The notes below the pieces were generated by a model. The model did not search any database. It saw only the letters and a program-made list of their open reading frames with translations, and was not told where the DNA came from. Both the position numbers and the translations under genes were made by a program. From Bacteroidetes bacterium GWF2_29_10 (GTDB lineage: Bacteria > Bacteroidota > Bacteroidia > Bacteroidales > GWE2-29-8): a DNA stretch of 64,000 bases. Positions 1 to 10,139 of this stretch are shown here, in pieces; within the stretch, counting starts at the first letter, position 1, and the number at the start of each line of letters is the position of its first letter. The stretch lies in contig MEOD01000055.1 in NCBI GenBank assembly GCA_001768555.1, positions 27,473-91,472 on the forward strand. The letters are read 5' to 3'.

Positions 1-2
1 TT

Positions 3-437
3 TTGCAAAATTCTACTCATATTATAGATTTAGCTTTTTATATTTGTGGTATTCCAAAAGATATCTCATCTTATTGTGGAGGATATTTAGATTGGCACCC
101 GTCAGCTTCAATTTTTGCAGGAGCAGGAGTTTCAGAATCAGGAGCATTATTTAATTATCAAGCAAATTGGCAAGCTCCAGGCAGATGGGGAATAGAAGTT
201 TTAACCAAAAATCATAGATTAATTTTCAGACCGATTGAGAAATTGCATATTCAGAAAATAGGCAGTGTTGCCATTGATTTAGTGGAAATAGATGATAAAT
301 ATGATATTGAGTTTAAACCAGGATTATACAAAGAAATTGAGGCTTATTTAAATAATGATACATCTCAATTTTGTATGCTAGATGATTTAGTTAAAATTTT
401 ACCATTTTATGCTAAGATAGCAAATTATGAGTTCTAA
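3..437 (+). CDS. Gfo/Idh/MocA-like sugar oxidoreductase, C-terminal fragment (5' end off window)
   Basis: The ORF runs off the 5' edge. The C-terminal alpha/beta region pattern (HIIDLAFYICG...) resembles Gfo/Idh/MocA oxidoreductases. It lies in a polysaccharide-locus context. The family call is from recollection only. Confidence 0.4.
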   Translation: MQNSTHIIDLAFYICGIPKDISSYCGGYLDWHPSASIFAGAGVSESGALFNYQANWQAPGRWGIEVLTKNHRLIFRPIEKLHIQKIGSVAIDLVEIDDKYDIEFKPGLYKEIEAYLNNDTSQFCMLDDLVKILPFYAKIANYEF

Positions 438-1098
438 GAAGCGTATAGTTGTATTATCAGATTCGTGTGCTTTACCTAGAGATGAATTAAAGTATGAAGA
501 AACTTATTTTTATTTATTAAAAGAAAATATGCCGTATTATGATGTTATTAACACGTCTGTAAGAGGGAATACAATTGTTAATAGTTATATAAATAGAAAT
601 GATTTCTATCTTTATTATAACCCAGATGTAGTTATAGTACATTTAGGTGTTGTTGATTTATACCCACGACCTTATCCTGTTAATATCTTTTGGAAATTAT
701 TTTTTTTGTTATTAAAAAAAATAGGAATTAATGTAGATGAAATTTTAAAATACTTTCGATTATATTATAAAATTGGCGATTTTTTTAATTTTACAGAAGT
801 TTCTTTTGACAAATATAAAAAACACTACAAGTTATTAATAGATTCTATACCTTTGAATGCAAAAATTGTTTGTATAGGATTTGTTAATCCGTCTAAAATA
901 TTGGCTCGTTCTAAAAAATACTCTAATATGGTAAAAGAATATAATGACTTTATTAGTTCTTTTGCAGATAATAAAAGAATCTTTTATTTAGACTTGTTTG
1001 CATTAGATCAATCTTATACTATATGGGATGGGTATCATTTTAATTCTAAAATATCAGAATATATTTTTTACAAAATAAATAAAATTATAAAAATATAA
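427..1098 (+). CDS. SGNH/GDSL-type hydrolase (sugar O-acetyl esterase/transferase-like)
   Basis: N-terminal block I-like motif (IVVLSDSCAL) and C-terminal DGYHFN (block V D-x-x-H). It overlaps the upstream ORF by 11 nt. Confidence 0.5.
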   Translation: MSSKKRIVVLSDSCALPRDELKYEETYFYLLKENMPYYDVINTSVRGNTIVNSYINRNDFYLYYNPDVVIVHLGVVDLYPRPYPVNIFWKLFFLLLKKIGINVDEILKYFRLYYKIGDFFNFTEVSFDKYKKHYKLLIDSIPLNAKIVCIGFVNPSKILARSKKYSNMVKEYNDFISSFADNKRIFYLDLFALDQSYTIWDGYHFNSKISEYIFYKINKIIKI

Positions 1099-1102
1099 TA
1101 AA

Positions 1103-2575
1103 TTGATGCCGAATAAATCAAATACAGATTTTATCTCAAGGGTTCTTTATCATGCTAAAAATTATCTGATTGCATCTATATCAAATATTCTACTTGGAGT
1201 AATAGCAATTCCTATTTACACGAGGTTACTTTCACCTGAAGAATATGGAGTCTATAGTGTGTTTATATCTTATGTTGGAATTCTATCAGTTATTCTTTCT
1301 TTGAATATACATGCTTCTATTGGAAGGTATTGGTTTGAAAACAGTGATGATTTTAAGAAATTTTCAGGGACATGTTTTAGTTTAATGAGTATAATTTTAA
1401 TTTTAAGTTCATTAAGTTTTATATTTTTTAAAGAATTTTTTGGTAATTTAATGCGAATACCTGTTTCTCTTATTATATGGCTAATTCCATTTGTCATAGT
1501 TGAAATAACATATTCTACATTTAGACAAATATTTGAACCACAAAAAGAAAGTGCGATTATTGCAAAAGTCAGTATATATAAGGCATATACCAGTTTTATT
1601 TTGAGTATTATTTTGATTTTAATTTACAAAAATGATAGATATATGGGAATAATATTGGGGTATGCATTATCTGGAATATCTTTATCTTTATTTTTAATAT
1701 TTAAATTAAAAAAATATTTTTCAATTTTCACTTTTGATAAAAAATATTTAAATTATATTTTTTTATATTCAATACCCTATATTCCTTACTCATTAAGTGG
1801 GTTTATTCTTGGTCAATTTGATAGGATTATGATTAATGGATATGTTGGAGAAAAAGCTGCAGGTATTTATAGCCTTTCTTATTCTATAGGGGCAATGCTT
1901 AGTGTCGTATCCGTCGCTTTGTTGAATGCTTGGACTCCTGACTTTTTTAAAATAATAGACAATAAGGATTTAAATAAATACAATAATGATATAAAAAAAA
2001 TGTTTACCATAATATTAATAGTTGCACTTTGTATTATGTTTTATGGTATTGAATTTGGTTATATTCTTGCAGATAAAAAGTATCATGAAGCTCTTTTTAT
2101 TATTCCTTACATTGTATTTGGGTATATATTTGATGCTATTTGGGGGATTACGGCAAGAAATTACGCATACAAGAAAAATACACATTGGCTTTCTATTATT
2201 GGCATTACAGCAGGTTTTGTTAAAATTGTTTTAAATATGGTATTTATACCTAAATATGGATATATTACAGGTGTTTATACCACTGCAATATCTTTTGCCT
2301 TTATGGCTGTATTTGGAGTTATTGTAAATAAATATTTCATTAAAATGTATACATATCCATTCATTAAATTTATAGAAGAGATATTATACCTAGTTTTTGT
2401 ATATTTTATTTCGTATATATTAATAAAATTATTTTCCCCTAATATTTTAATATCTATGGTAATTAAAACTATATTATTAATTATTTATTCCTTATTTGTA
2501 TTATATAGAATAAAATTGTTAGATAAAAATATTCATGAATTATATACATTAATTACTTCTGTTTTAAAAAAATAA
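1103..2575 (+). CDS. Wzx-like oligosaccharide flippase (MOP superfamily)
   Basis: 490 aa and hydrophobic throughout, with about 12-14 predicted TM segments. Its position lies between sugar-modifying genes. The stop abuts the next ATG (TAAATG). Confidence 0.7.
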   Translation: MMPNKSNTDFISRVLYHAKNYLIASISNILLGVIAIPIYTRLLSPEEYGVYSVFISYVGILSVILSLNIHASIGRYWFENSDDFKKFSGTCFSLMSIILILSSLSFIFFKEFFGNLMRIPVSLIIWLIPFVIVEITYSTFRQIFEPQKESAIIAKVSIYKAYTSFILSIILILIYKNDRYMGIILGYALSGISLSLFLIFKLKKYFSIFTFDKKYLNYIFLYSIPYIPYSLSGFILGQFDRIMINGYVGEKAAGIYSLSYSIGAMLSVVSVALLNAWTPDFFKIIDNKDLNKYNNDIKKMFTIILIVALCIMFYGIEFGYILADKKYHEALFIIPYIVFGYIFDAIWGITARNYAYKKNTHWLSIIGITAGFVKIVLNMVFIPKYGYITGVYTTAISFAFMAVFGVIVNKYFIKMYTYPFIKFIEEILYLVFVYFISYILIKLFSPNILISMVIKTILLIIYSLFVLYRIKLLDKNIHELYTLITSVLKK

Positions 2576-3820
2576 ATGAATTATAAACAATTAAACGAAT
2601 ATACTCTAAAATTAAGAAAAGAAAATATAATTTTTAAATCAGGAATTTTATTTTCATTGTTATTGATAGTTTTAAAATATTTAATAATATTAATAAGACC
2701 TTTCTTAAATAAAGTAAATCAAGAAAATATTGATGTATTAGTAATAGGTACATGTAAAAAGGATGTAGAGCAAACTGCAAATATTTGGGAAAGTATATCA
2801 GCTAAATATTCCTTATCAAGAGTAATATTGAACAAAAAAAAATTACTTTTTTCTGCATTTCAAAATCATAATTCAATACCAAAACAGACACCTTATAATA
2901 TTTTTTTATTTTCTGTATTTGCACAACAATTAATAGAAAAATATAAACCTAAAATTATTTGTTTATACACATCTAATGGTCCATTTCCTTCAATTATTAG
3001 ATATTATTCTAATTTTTATGGAGGAAAAACTATTTATATGCCACATTGTGTTATTCCTATAGAATTATATTATTCATCTTTGGATTATGATTATTATTTT
3101 GTTTTTGGGAAAAGTTCTTTGAAAAATCTAAAAATGAATGATTATTTATATTGTTCATTGAATACAAAGGTAGTTTTAACGGGTTCTCCTATGATAAAAA
3201 CGGATTTTATCCTACAACCAAATTATTTAAAGAAAAAAATATTGTATCTAAGTAATTGGCTTATAGGAATTGATAATGAAATGACGGAAAATTTTAAAAA
3301 CATTATTTTGTGGGCAAAAACAAACTCTAAATATGAATTATTAATAAAATTACACCCTATTGAGGATAAAAATTATATAATTAAAGCTGTAGGACAATAT
3401 AGCAATATAAAAATATTACCAATAAACATTACTATAAAAGAAGCTTTAGAATTGGTATCTTTAACAATAATAACAGCGGGGTCTTCTTCTGGGATTGAAG
3501 CAGCTTTAATGAATAGACCGTCTGTATTAATGAATGTTAGAAAAAAAAATGATTCTTCTATTGATTATAGGGATAGTGATAAACAATATATGACAGAGCA
3601 TTTTTTTGTAGAAAGGGCTTGTAATTTTAATGATTTAGAGGATAGAATTGAAACTATTTTTAAAAATTTTGATTTTTATATAAACAGATGTAAAGAATAT
3701 GTAGACTATCATCTAGAAAATTCACATAATTCTCAGGACTTTATTATTGATACAATTGCTCAAATTATTAATTCAAAGGAAAACTTTAAATATGAATTAA
3801 TATATGGTAAAGGATTTTAA
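2576..3820 (+). CDS. uncharacterized polysaccharide biosynthesis protein (capsule-type glycosyl/phosphotransferase-like)
   Basis: 414 aa with one N-terminal TM. The C-terminal Rossmann-like block (LHPIED...ITAGSSSGIEAALMNRP) is reminiscent of capsule polymerising/transferase families. No firm family call is made. Confidence 0.3.
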   Translation: MNYKQLNEYTLKLRKENIIFKSGILFSLLLIVLKYLIILIRPFLNKVNQENIDVLVIGTCKKDVEQTANIWESISAKYSLSRVILNKKKLLFSAFQNHNSIPKQTPYNIFLFSVFAQQLIEKYKPKIICLYTSNGPFPSIIRYYSNFYGGKTIYMPHCVIPIELYYSSLDYDYYFVFGKSSLKNLKMNDYLYCSLNTKVVLTGSPMIKTDFILQPNYLKKKILYLSNWLIGIDNEMTENFKNIILWAKTNSKYELLIKLHPIEDKNYIIKAVGQYSNIKILPINITIKEALELVSLTIITAGSSSGIEAALMNRPSVLMNVRKKNDSSIDYRDSDKQYMTEHFFVERACNFNDLEDRIETIFKNFDFYINRCKEYVDYHLENSHNSQDFIIDTIAQIINSKENFKYELIYGKGF

Positions 3821-3889
3821 AGCAAAAAAACATGATAAAACTAAATATTAAATTCATGCTAAATATATTTATTTGCGGGGATATGTTTT

Positions 3890-4366
3890 TTGTTAAAAGA
3901 ATCTTATTGGAATGTAATTTACAATAAGTATAAAAAAAAATATAATATAGCTAAAGTTTTTTGTTTTAATGGATATGGTATAGATTTTAATGGGTGTGGA
4001 GAAATTTCTATTGGAGAAGGTTCTTATATTGGAGAATACTCTAGTATTCAATCTGTTGAGAGTCGTCGCGTTATTATAGGTAAAAATTGTGCAATATCTC
4101 ATTTTGTTAGTATTTATACTTGCAATTATGATGCTTCGGAAATTATTTATAATAATACAAAAAATAATAAAAAATATGGGGATGTTATTATAGGTAATAA
4201 TTGTTGGATAGTTCGTAGCGTTTTAATTAAAGAAGGTGTTATTATAGGAAATAATTGTGTTATTGGTTCTAATGCTGTTGTAACAACTGATGTTTCTGAT
4301 AATAGCATTGCCGTAGGAGTTCCTGCAAAAGTTATAAAAAAAATGCCTCTAATTAGGGCTTGCTGA
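3890..4366 (+). CDS. hexapeptide-repeat (LbH) O-acetyltransferase
   Basis: Repeated [LIV]G-x4 hexapeptides (IGKNCAI, IGNNCWI, IGNNCVIGSNAVV) and a GVPAKVIKK tail. The last 5 codons and the stop lie inside the IS left inverted repeat. Confidence 0.7.
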   Translation: MLKESYWNVIYNKYKKKYNIAKVFCFNGYGIDFNGCGEISIGEGSYIGEYSSIQSVESRRVIIGKNCAISHFVSIYTCNYDASEIIYNNTKNNKKYGDVIIGNNCWIVRSVLIKEGVIIGNNCVIGSNAVVTTDVSDNSIAVGVPAKVIKKMPLIRAC

Positions 4367-4424
4367 AAAACAGCCAAATCCCTGATTGTTAATAATTTTT
4401 ATTTAATAAGTGCAAACAAATTTT

Positions 4425-4432
4425 TATTTTTG
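4425..4432 (+). promoter_or_regulatory. Bacteroidota-type -7 box (TATTTTTG) for the IS transposase
   Basis: Matches TAnnTTTG and lies 20 nt upstream of the ATG at 4452. Confidence 0.3.
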
Positions 4433-4451
4433 TGCAAAAAAGGTTGCACTT

Positions 4452-5957
4452 ATGATCAGATATACTTCAGTTAAACAGATTTCGATAGATGAGTTCAAAA
4501 CTCCATTTGAGATGCATTTAAACAAGAGCAATCGTTGGGTTCAATTATCAGAACAGATACCCTGGGATAAATTTGTAGGGATTTATCAGAAAGTAATGAG
4601 TTCTAAAAAAGGTGCTCCAGGTATTAATGGTCGAGTAGTGATAGGAGCGATCATAATCAAACACATTATGCGTTTATATGACAGAGGCACTATATCCTTA
4701 ATCCAAGAAAATCCGTATATGCAATATTTTATTGGTTTTACGTCTTATAGAGCAACTCCAATCTTTGATGCCAGTTTATTTGTTACGATACGCAAACGTA
4801 TAGGATTAGAGTTATTTGAAGAAATGAGCAATGTAATCATAAGCGAGGCAATTGAAATAGATCGTTTGAGTCATTTCGATATGTCAAAAGACATGGCAAT
4901 TACAAAAGACCAAGGAGATGATCTTGATGATAGCAACAAAGGTAGTCTCTTATGGTAGATGCAACAGTAGCGGATGCAGATATCAAATACCCAACAGACT
5001 TGGATTTGCTCAATGAAAGCAGAGAGTTGAGTGAGAAAATTATAGATTCTTTGTGAAAAAACACATCTCAATTAACACAAAAGAAGCCCCGAACTTACAG
5101 ACGTTTAGCAAGAAAGAAATATCTTAATACATCGAAGAAGAAACACAAGAGCAGAAAAGAAATACGTTCATCAATAAGATTACAGTTAAACTATTTGACA
5201 AGAAATCTAAACAGCATAGATAATCTCCTCTCATTAAATTCTGCAAGCGAATCCTTGCTCACTAAAAAGCAACGCGAACATTTAAAAGTAATAAAATCTA
5301 TTCTCCAACAACAAGAAGAAATGTTTAAAACGGGCAAACATAGCATTTTCAATAGAATAGTGAATATTCATCAGCCACATGTAAGGCCAATAGTAAGAGG
5401 CAAGGTTGGCTCAAATGTAGAATTTGGAGCAAAAATAGGGGTTAGTTTACAAAAATGTTATGCAAAAATAGATACTTTGAGCTGGGATGCTTATAATGAA
5501 AGTACTGATTTGAAAAAGCAAGTAGAAACGTACAAAAAAATCCATGGATATTATCCAGAACTAGTGTTAGCTGACAAAATTTATCTTACTAGAGAAAATA
5601 GGGCATTTATGAAAGATAAAAACATCCGATTTACAGGAAAACCTCTAGGGAGACCTCCTAAAGAAGAAAAATCCGTTCAAGTAAAAAGAAAAGAAAGACA
5701 AGAAGCAGCTCAACGAAATCAAATAGAAGGCAAATTTGGACAAGGTAAAAACAAGTATGGATTGAATAATATTAGAGCTAAACTACAAAAAAACATCGGA
5801 ATCTTGGATTGCTACTATATTCCTTGTGATGAATCTGGTTAAGTTCAGCAAGGATTTTTCTTTTTCTTTTTTTTATTGCTCGTATTTTTATCTCGTATTT
5901 TTTGTCAATGATAATTTACTACAAAAAAATAAATTTTATTATAAATATAACTGCTGA
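4452..5957 (+). pseudogene. IS5-family DDE transposase, disrupted (two frameshifts plus in-frame TGA)
   Basis: The N-terminal DUF772-like block (FKTPFEMHLNKSNRWVQLSEQIPWDKF) is in frame 0. It continues in another frame as VDATVADADIKYPTDLDLLNESRE, with an in-frame TGA at 5054-5056. The tail (TSESWIATIFLVMNLVKF...) returns to frame 0 after an A7 run at 5786-5792 and ends at the TGA at 5955-5957, inside the right IR. Confidence 0.7.
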
Positions 5958-6183
5958 CTTTTTCAGTGAACCCTACTTAAATTATTAACTAGCAGTTGTT
6001 TGTGTTAAATAATTTTTTATATTTGCAACATGAAAATAGAAATAACAACACAAATAGGATTTGCCGAATTGGTATTATAAAAAAGAAAGATCAATGAGGG
6101 ATGGGGGAGAGGAGCAAGCAGGAAGATTCTAATGAATAACTTTTCAGTTTACACACTTAGTGAGATACGGCTAAAAAACGATT

Positions 6184-6627
6184 TTATTGTCTTTCCATTT
6201 CTCGTTTTGTGTCTTTTTCTTTTAAAGTTTCTCGTTTATCATATAGCTTCTTTCCTTTTGCTATACTTATTTCTATTTTTGCTAATCCTTTTTCATTAAT
6301 AAATAAAAGTAAAGGTACTATTGTTAGACCTTTATCTTTTAATTTATTAATTATTTTTTTTAGTTCTTTTTTTTGTAGTAGTAGCTTTCGTTCTCTTTTA
6401 GGCTCGTGATTATTGTATGTTCCATAAGTGTATTCGGCAATATGAAGATTTCTCACCCAAAGTTCATTATCTTTAAAGTAGCAGTAAGAATCGCTCAAGT
6501 TAGCTTTTCCTAGTCGTATTGATTTTATTTCGGTTCCAGTGAGTACAATGCCTGCAGTATATTTATCTAATAAATAATAATCAAACCCTGCTCTCTTATT
6601 CTTAATATTTATAGTTACAACTGCCAT
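6184..6627 (-). CDS. smpB: SsrA-binding protein SmpB
   Basis: The 147-aa size and the motifs [27 protein letters not shown] and KRERKLLL are typical of SmpB. Confidence 0.9.
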   Translation of the reverse strand: MAVVTINIKNKRAGFDYYLLDKYTAGIVLTGTEIKSIRLGKANLSDSYCYFKDNELWVRNLHIAEYTYGTYNNHEPKRERKLLLQKKELKKIINKLKDKGLTIVPLLLFINEKGLAKIEISIAKGKKLYDKRETLKEKDTKREMERQ

Positions 6628-6637
6628 TAATAGTACT

Positions 6638-8086
6638 TTATTTTAATTCTAATCTTTTATCTATTATCTCACTTAATTTATCAATAGGAACTCTTTCTTG
6701 TTGCATTGAATCACGTTCTCTAATAGTTACAGAGCTGTCAGCAGCAGTATCATAATCTATGGTAATGCAGTATGGAGTTCCAAGCGCATCTTGTCGTCTG
6801 TATCTTTTTCCAATAGCATCTTTTTCATCGTACAAGCAATTGTATTTAAATTTTAAAGTATCCATAATTGCACGAGATTTTTCAGGTAACCCATCTTTTT
6901 TCACTAAAGGGAATATAGCCGCTTTGTATGGCGCTAATATAGGAGGTATATTTAATACAGTTCTAGAGTCAACTTTATCTCCATTAGCAACTTTTTCTTC
7001 TTTATAAGCATTGCATAGGGTTAATAAGAACATACGGTCAACGCCTATTGATGTTTCAACAACGTAAGGAACATAATTTTGATTTATTTCAGGGTCAAAA
7101 TATTGTAATTTTTTGTTACACATTGCTTGATGTTGTTTTAGATCAAAATCTGTTCTAGAATGTATTCCTTCAACTTCTTTAAATCCGAAAGGGAATTCAT
7201 ATTCTATATCAACAGCCGCATTTGCATAATGAGCTAATTTGACATGGTCATGAAATCTGTATTTAGATGAATCAACACCTAATGATAAATGCCATTTCAT
7301 TCTTTCTGACTTCCAATGCTCATACCATTTCATTTCTTCTCCAGGTCGAACAAAAAATTGCATTTCCATTTGTTCAAATTCACGCATTCTCATTATAAAT
7401 TGTCTTGCAACAATCTCATTTCTAAAAGCTTTTCCTATTTGTGCTATTCCAAAAGGGATTTTCATTCGTCCAGTTTTTTGCACATTCATAAAGTTAACGA
7501 AAATACCTTGAGCTGTTTCTGGGCGTAAATATATTTCCGTTGCTTCATCTGCATCAGAGCCAAATTGAGTTGAAAACATAAGATTGAATTGTCTTACATT
7601 AGCCCAATTACGAGTTCCAGATACAGGGCAAACAATTTCATGTTCTACAATAAGATTTTTTAAACCTTCCAAATCACTAGCTTCCATGTATTGAGCAAAC
7701 ATAGTTCTAAGTTGGTCAGCTTTATCTGATTTCCCTTTTTTTAGATATTTTTCTATTTGGTCTTCAATTAACTCGTCAGCTCTATATCTTTTCTTTGAAT
7801 CTTTATTGTCAATCATTGGGTCATTAAAGCTATCAACATGGCCTGATGCTTTCCAAATTTTCGGATGCATAAATATTGCAGAATCTATACCCACAATATT
7901 TTCATTTAATTGCACCATTGATTTCCACCAATATTCTTTTATATTCTTTTTTAGTTCGGAGCCATTTTGTCCATAATCATAAACTGCACCGAGTCCATCA
8001 TATATTTCACTTGAAGGAAAGACAAAACCATATTCTTTGCAATGTGATATAACCTTTTTAAAAACGTCTTCGTTAATTGCTGCCAT
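6638..8086 (-). CDS. glyQS: glycine--tRNA ligase (dimeric class II)
   Basis: [37 protein letters not shown] and GKAFRNEI motifs. 482 aa. Confidence 0.9.
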   Translation of the reverse strand: MAAINEDVFKKVISHCKEYGFVFPSSEIYDGLGAVYDYGQNGSELKKNIKEYWWKSMVQLNENIVGIDSAIFMHPKIWKASGHVDSFNDPMIDNKDSKKRYRADELIEDQIEKYLKKGKSDKADQLRTMFAQYMEASDLEGLKNLIVEHEIVCPVSGTRNWANVRQFNLMFSTQFGSDADEATEIYLRPETAQGIFVNFMNVQKTGRMKIPFGIAQIGKAFRNEIVARQFIMRMREFEQMEMQFFVRPGEEMKWYEHWKSERMKWHLSLGVDSSKYRFHDHVKLAHYANAAVDIEYEFPFGFKEVEGIHSRTDFDLKQHQAMCNKKLQYFDPEINQNYVPYVVETSIGVDRMFLLTLCNAYKEEKVANGDKVDSRTVLNIPPILAPYKAAIFPLVKKDGLPEKSRAIMDTLKFKYNCLYDEKDAIGKRYRRQDALGTPYCITIDYDTAADSSVTIRERDSMQQERVPIDKLSEIIDKRLELK

Positions 8087-8219
8087 TTTAATATCTATAA
8101 CTTAATTTTTAATAATTTTAGAAGCCTGCAAAGTTAATTTAATTTCATAATTTAGGAGCATAATTTATAAAATAATATAAGAAATAGGAAAAGGTATAGA
8201 ACTTAACTCAAGGCAGATA

Positions 8220-10139
8220 TTATCTGTTTTTACTAGCAAATTGGTAAAATGCAAATGTATAGTTTCGCATTATATTTCTCTTTGAAGGATGTTTTGTTAA
8301 TAAGTTATCTGTGCTATTTTTTTTGTAATCAAATAAATATTCTCGCTTAATTTCGTTGTTATAATACCATAAGTATTTATTATCAATACTTGCAATATAA
8401 TCATTTTGAACAAAACTTGCAAAGTCCCTATTATTTTTAAATATGTCTTTGCCAAAACAATTGTTAGTGTAACTTACTCCCATAAATCCTAATATGGTAT
8501 TTCCAATGTCAATTTGGCTTGCAATATTATTGTTGATAATGTTTTCAGGTATGTATTTATCTGAATGGAATATTAATGGAATATGATTGTAATTAAGGTT
8601 TATGTCATAATTATTTTCACCAATACACATTCCATGATCTGCGACAAAAACAAATAATGTGTTATTATACCATTTTTGTTGTTTAGCTTTGTTTATAAAG
8701 TATTTTAATGACCAATCAGAATAAGCAACAATGTTTTTGTTTATATCATTTTTTGCAGGAATAAATGCTATGTTTTTTGGGATAATAAGTGGTTTGTGAT
8801 TGCTAGATGTTAAAAATACACTAAAGAATGGCTGTTTTATTTTATTTAAAATATTTAAAGAGTAGTCAAACATGTAATGATCAGGCACCCCTAAATTACT
8901 AAGGATTTCTTTATTAGGGTAATCTGTTTGTGATATTATTTGGTCAAAACCGTTATTCATTAGAAAACCACCAATGTTGTCAAATTGGTCATCGTGTGTA
9001 GTAAAGTATGTATTATAATATCCTTTTTCTTTTAAAATTAACGGGAATGATTTTTTGTATTGAGTTATTATAGCTTTATTCATTGGATGAATTTTATATA
9101 ATGTAGGGTATCCAAATATAGAAGAGTAAACACCACTATATGTGTGAATTCCTGCCGAGTAAGTATTTGCAAAGTAAATAGTATGATTATTCTTTATTAA
9201 GTTGTCTAAAAAAGGAGTAATAAAATCGTTATTGCCATTGTAATTTAAAAGTCCAGCCGACATGCTTTCCATTATTATTAAAATTACGTTTGGGCGAATA
9301 CTATCCATTCGTCCTATCTCATTGTTATTTATGGTATCTCCTTCAATATTATATAGTTTTTTCATTGTTTGAACAGCTACGTTGTAATCAATAAGGTTTA
9401 GCTTATGGCTATTGCTTTCTTTTTCTATAATGCTTCGAATAAATGTAAAAATAGGGTTTAAACTAGTTTGATTAATTAATGGGTAAATAGAAAAAAAAGC
9501 TGTACCTGTTTTTATAGGAGATTTAATGCTTGTACGTCCTCTTATTCCCAAGAAAAACAAGCTTATTATTATTATTATTAAAAACAGGTAAAAAGGATGA
9601 TATATATACGATTTATAAAATAAACTTTCGTTTGAAATCCTATTGATAATTACGATAAACAAAGAATAAACCAGAGCAAATATACCAAGATAAAGATAGC
9701 TAGTTATATCTAAAAAAATCATTTGAAAAACAAAATTAGGCGAGTCAATCCATTGAAATGCCATAATATTAAACCTTGCAAAGAAATGATTAAAGTAAGG
9801 AATGTCAGCACTTGAAATGAGAAAGGCAATAAAATAGACAATATAAAGGTAAGCAATGGAGAACTTTCTAATGAAAGTTTTTTTATTGTAACTTAAATAT
9901 TTGCTTATGGTTTCGATTATGAGAGGAATTGCCATAATATAGCATGTAATTACTATGTCAAAACGTAATCCCATGAACAATCCTTTAAATATTACATCAT
10001 AAGGTGTTTGAGATAAGGTAACTAGATGATGAGACAATAATATAAGCCTAAATAGGCTAAACATAAGTAAACTAGTTAGTGCAACTTTTAATACAAAAGA
10101 GTAGTTCTTGAAAAACGCTCTTAAAATATTATTCATCAT
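8220..10139 (-). CDS. LTA-synthase family sulfatase-like membrane protein (phosphoglycerol/phosphoethanolamine transferase-like)
   Basis: Five N-terminal TM helices followed by an alkaline-phosphatase-superfamily domain (VILIIMESMSAG, VFVADHG). Its start overlaps the stop of the upstream gene by 4 nt. Confidence 0.7.
   Translation of the reverse strand: MMNNILRAFFKNYSFVLKVALTSLLMFSLFRLILLSHHLVTLSQTPYDVIFKGLFMGLRFDIVITCYIMAIPLIIETISKYLSYNKKTFIRKFSIAYLYIVYFIAFLISSADIPYFNHFFARFNIMAFQWIDSPNFVFQMIFLDITSYLYLGIFALVYSLFIVIINRISNESLFYKSYIYHPFYLFLIIIIISLFFLGIRGRTSIKSPIKTGTAFFSIYPLINQTSLNPIFTFIRSIIEKESNSHKLNLIDYNVAVQTMKKLYNIEGDTINNNEIGRMDSIRPNVILIIMESMSAGLLNYNGNNDFITPFLDNLIKNNHTIYFANTYSAGIHTYSGVYSSIFGYPTLYKIHPMNKAIITQYKKSFPLILKEKGYYNTYFTTHDDQFDNIGGFLMNNGFDQIISQTDYPNKEILSNLGVPDHYMFDYSLNILNKIKQPFFSVFLTSSNHKPLIIPKNIAFIPAKNDINKNIVAYSDWSLKYFINKAKQQKWYNNTLFVFVADHGMCIGENNYDINLNYNHIPLIFHSDKYIPENIINNNIASQIDIGNTILGFMGVSYTNNCFGKDIFKNNRDFASFVQNDYIASIDNKYLWYYNNEIKREYLFDYKKNSTDNLLTKHPSKRNIMRNYTFAFYQFASKNR

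Larger units (their letters stand above)
4346..5973 (+). mobile_element. decayed IS5/IS1182-like insertion sequence
   Basis: Imperfect terminal inverted repeats: gggcttgctgaaaaacagcc (4346-4365) versus the reverse complement of gctgactttttcagtgaaccc (5953-5973). The enclosed transposase is split over three frames. Confidence 0.6.

Noticed and set aside
6030-6080. 16-codon mini-ORF (MKIEITTQIGFAELVL) just after a TATATTTG box between the IS and smpB
   Set aside because: It is too short to support without conservation or expression data. It may simply be IS-flanking debris.
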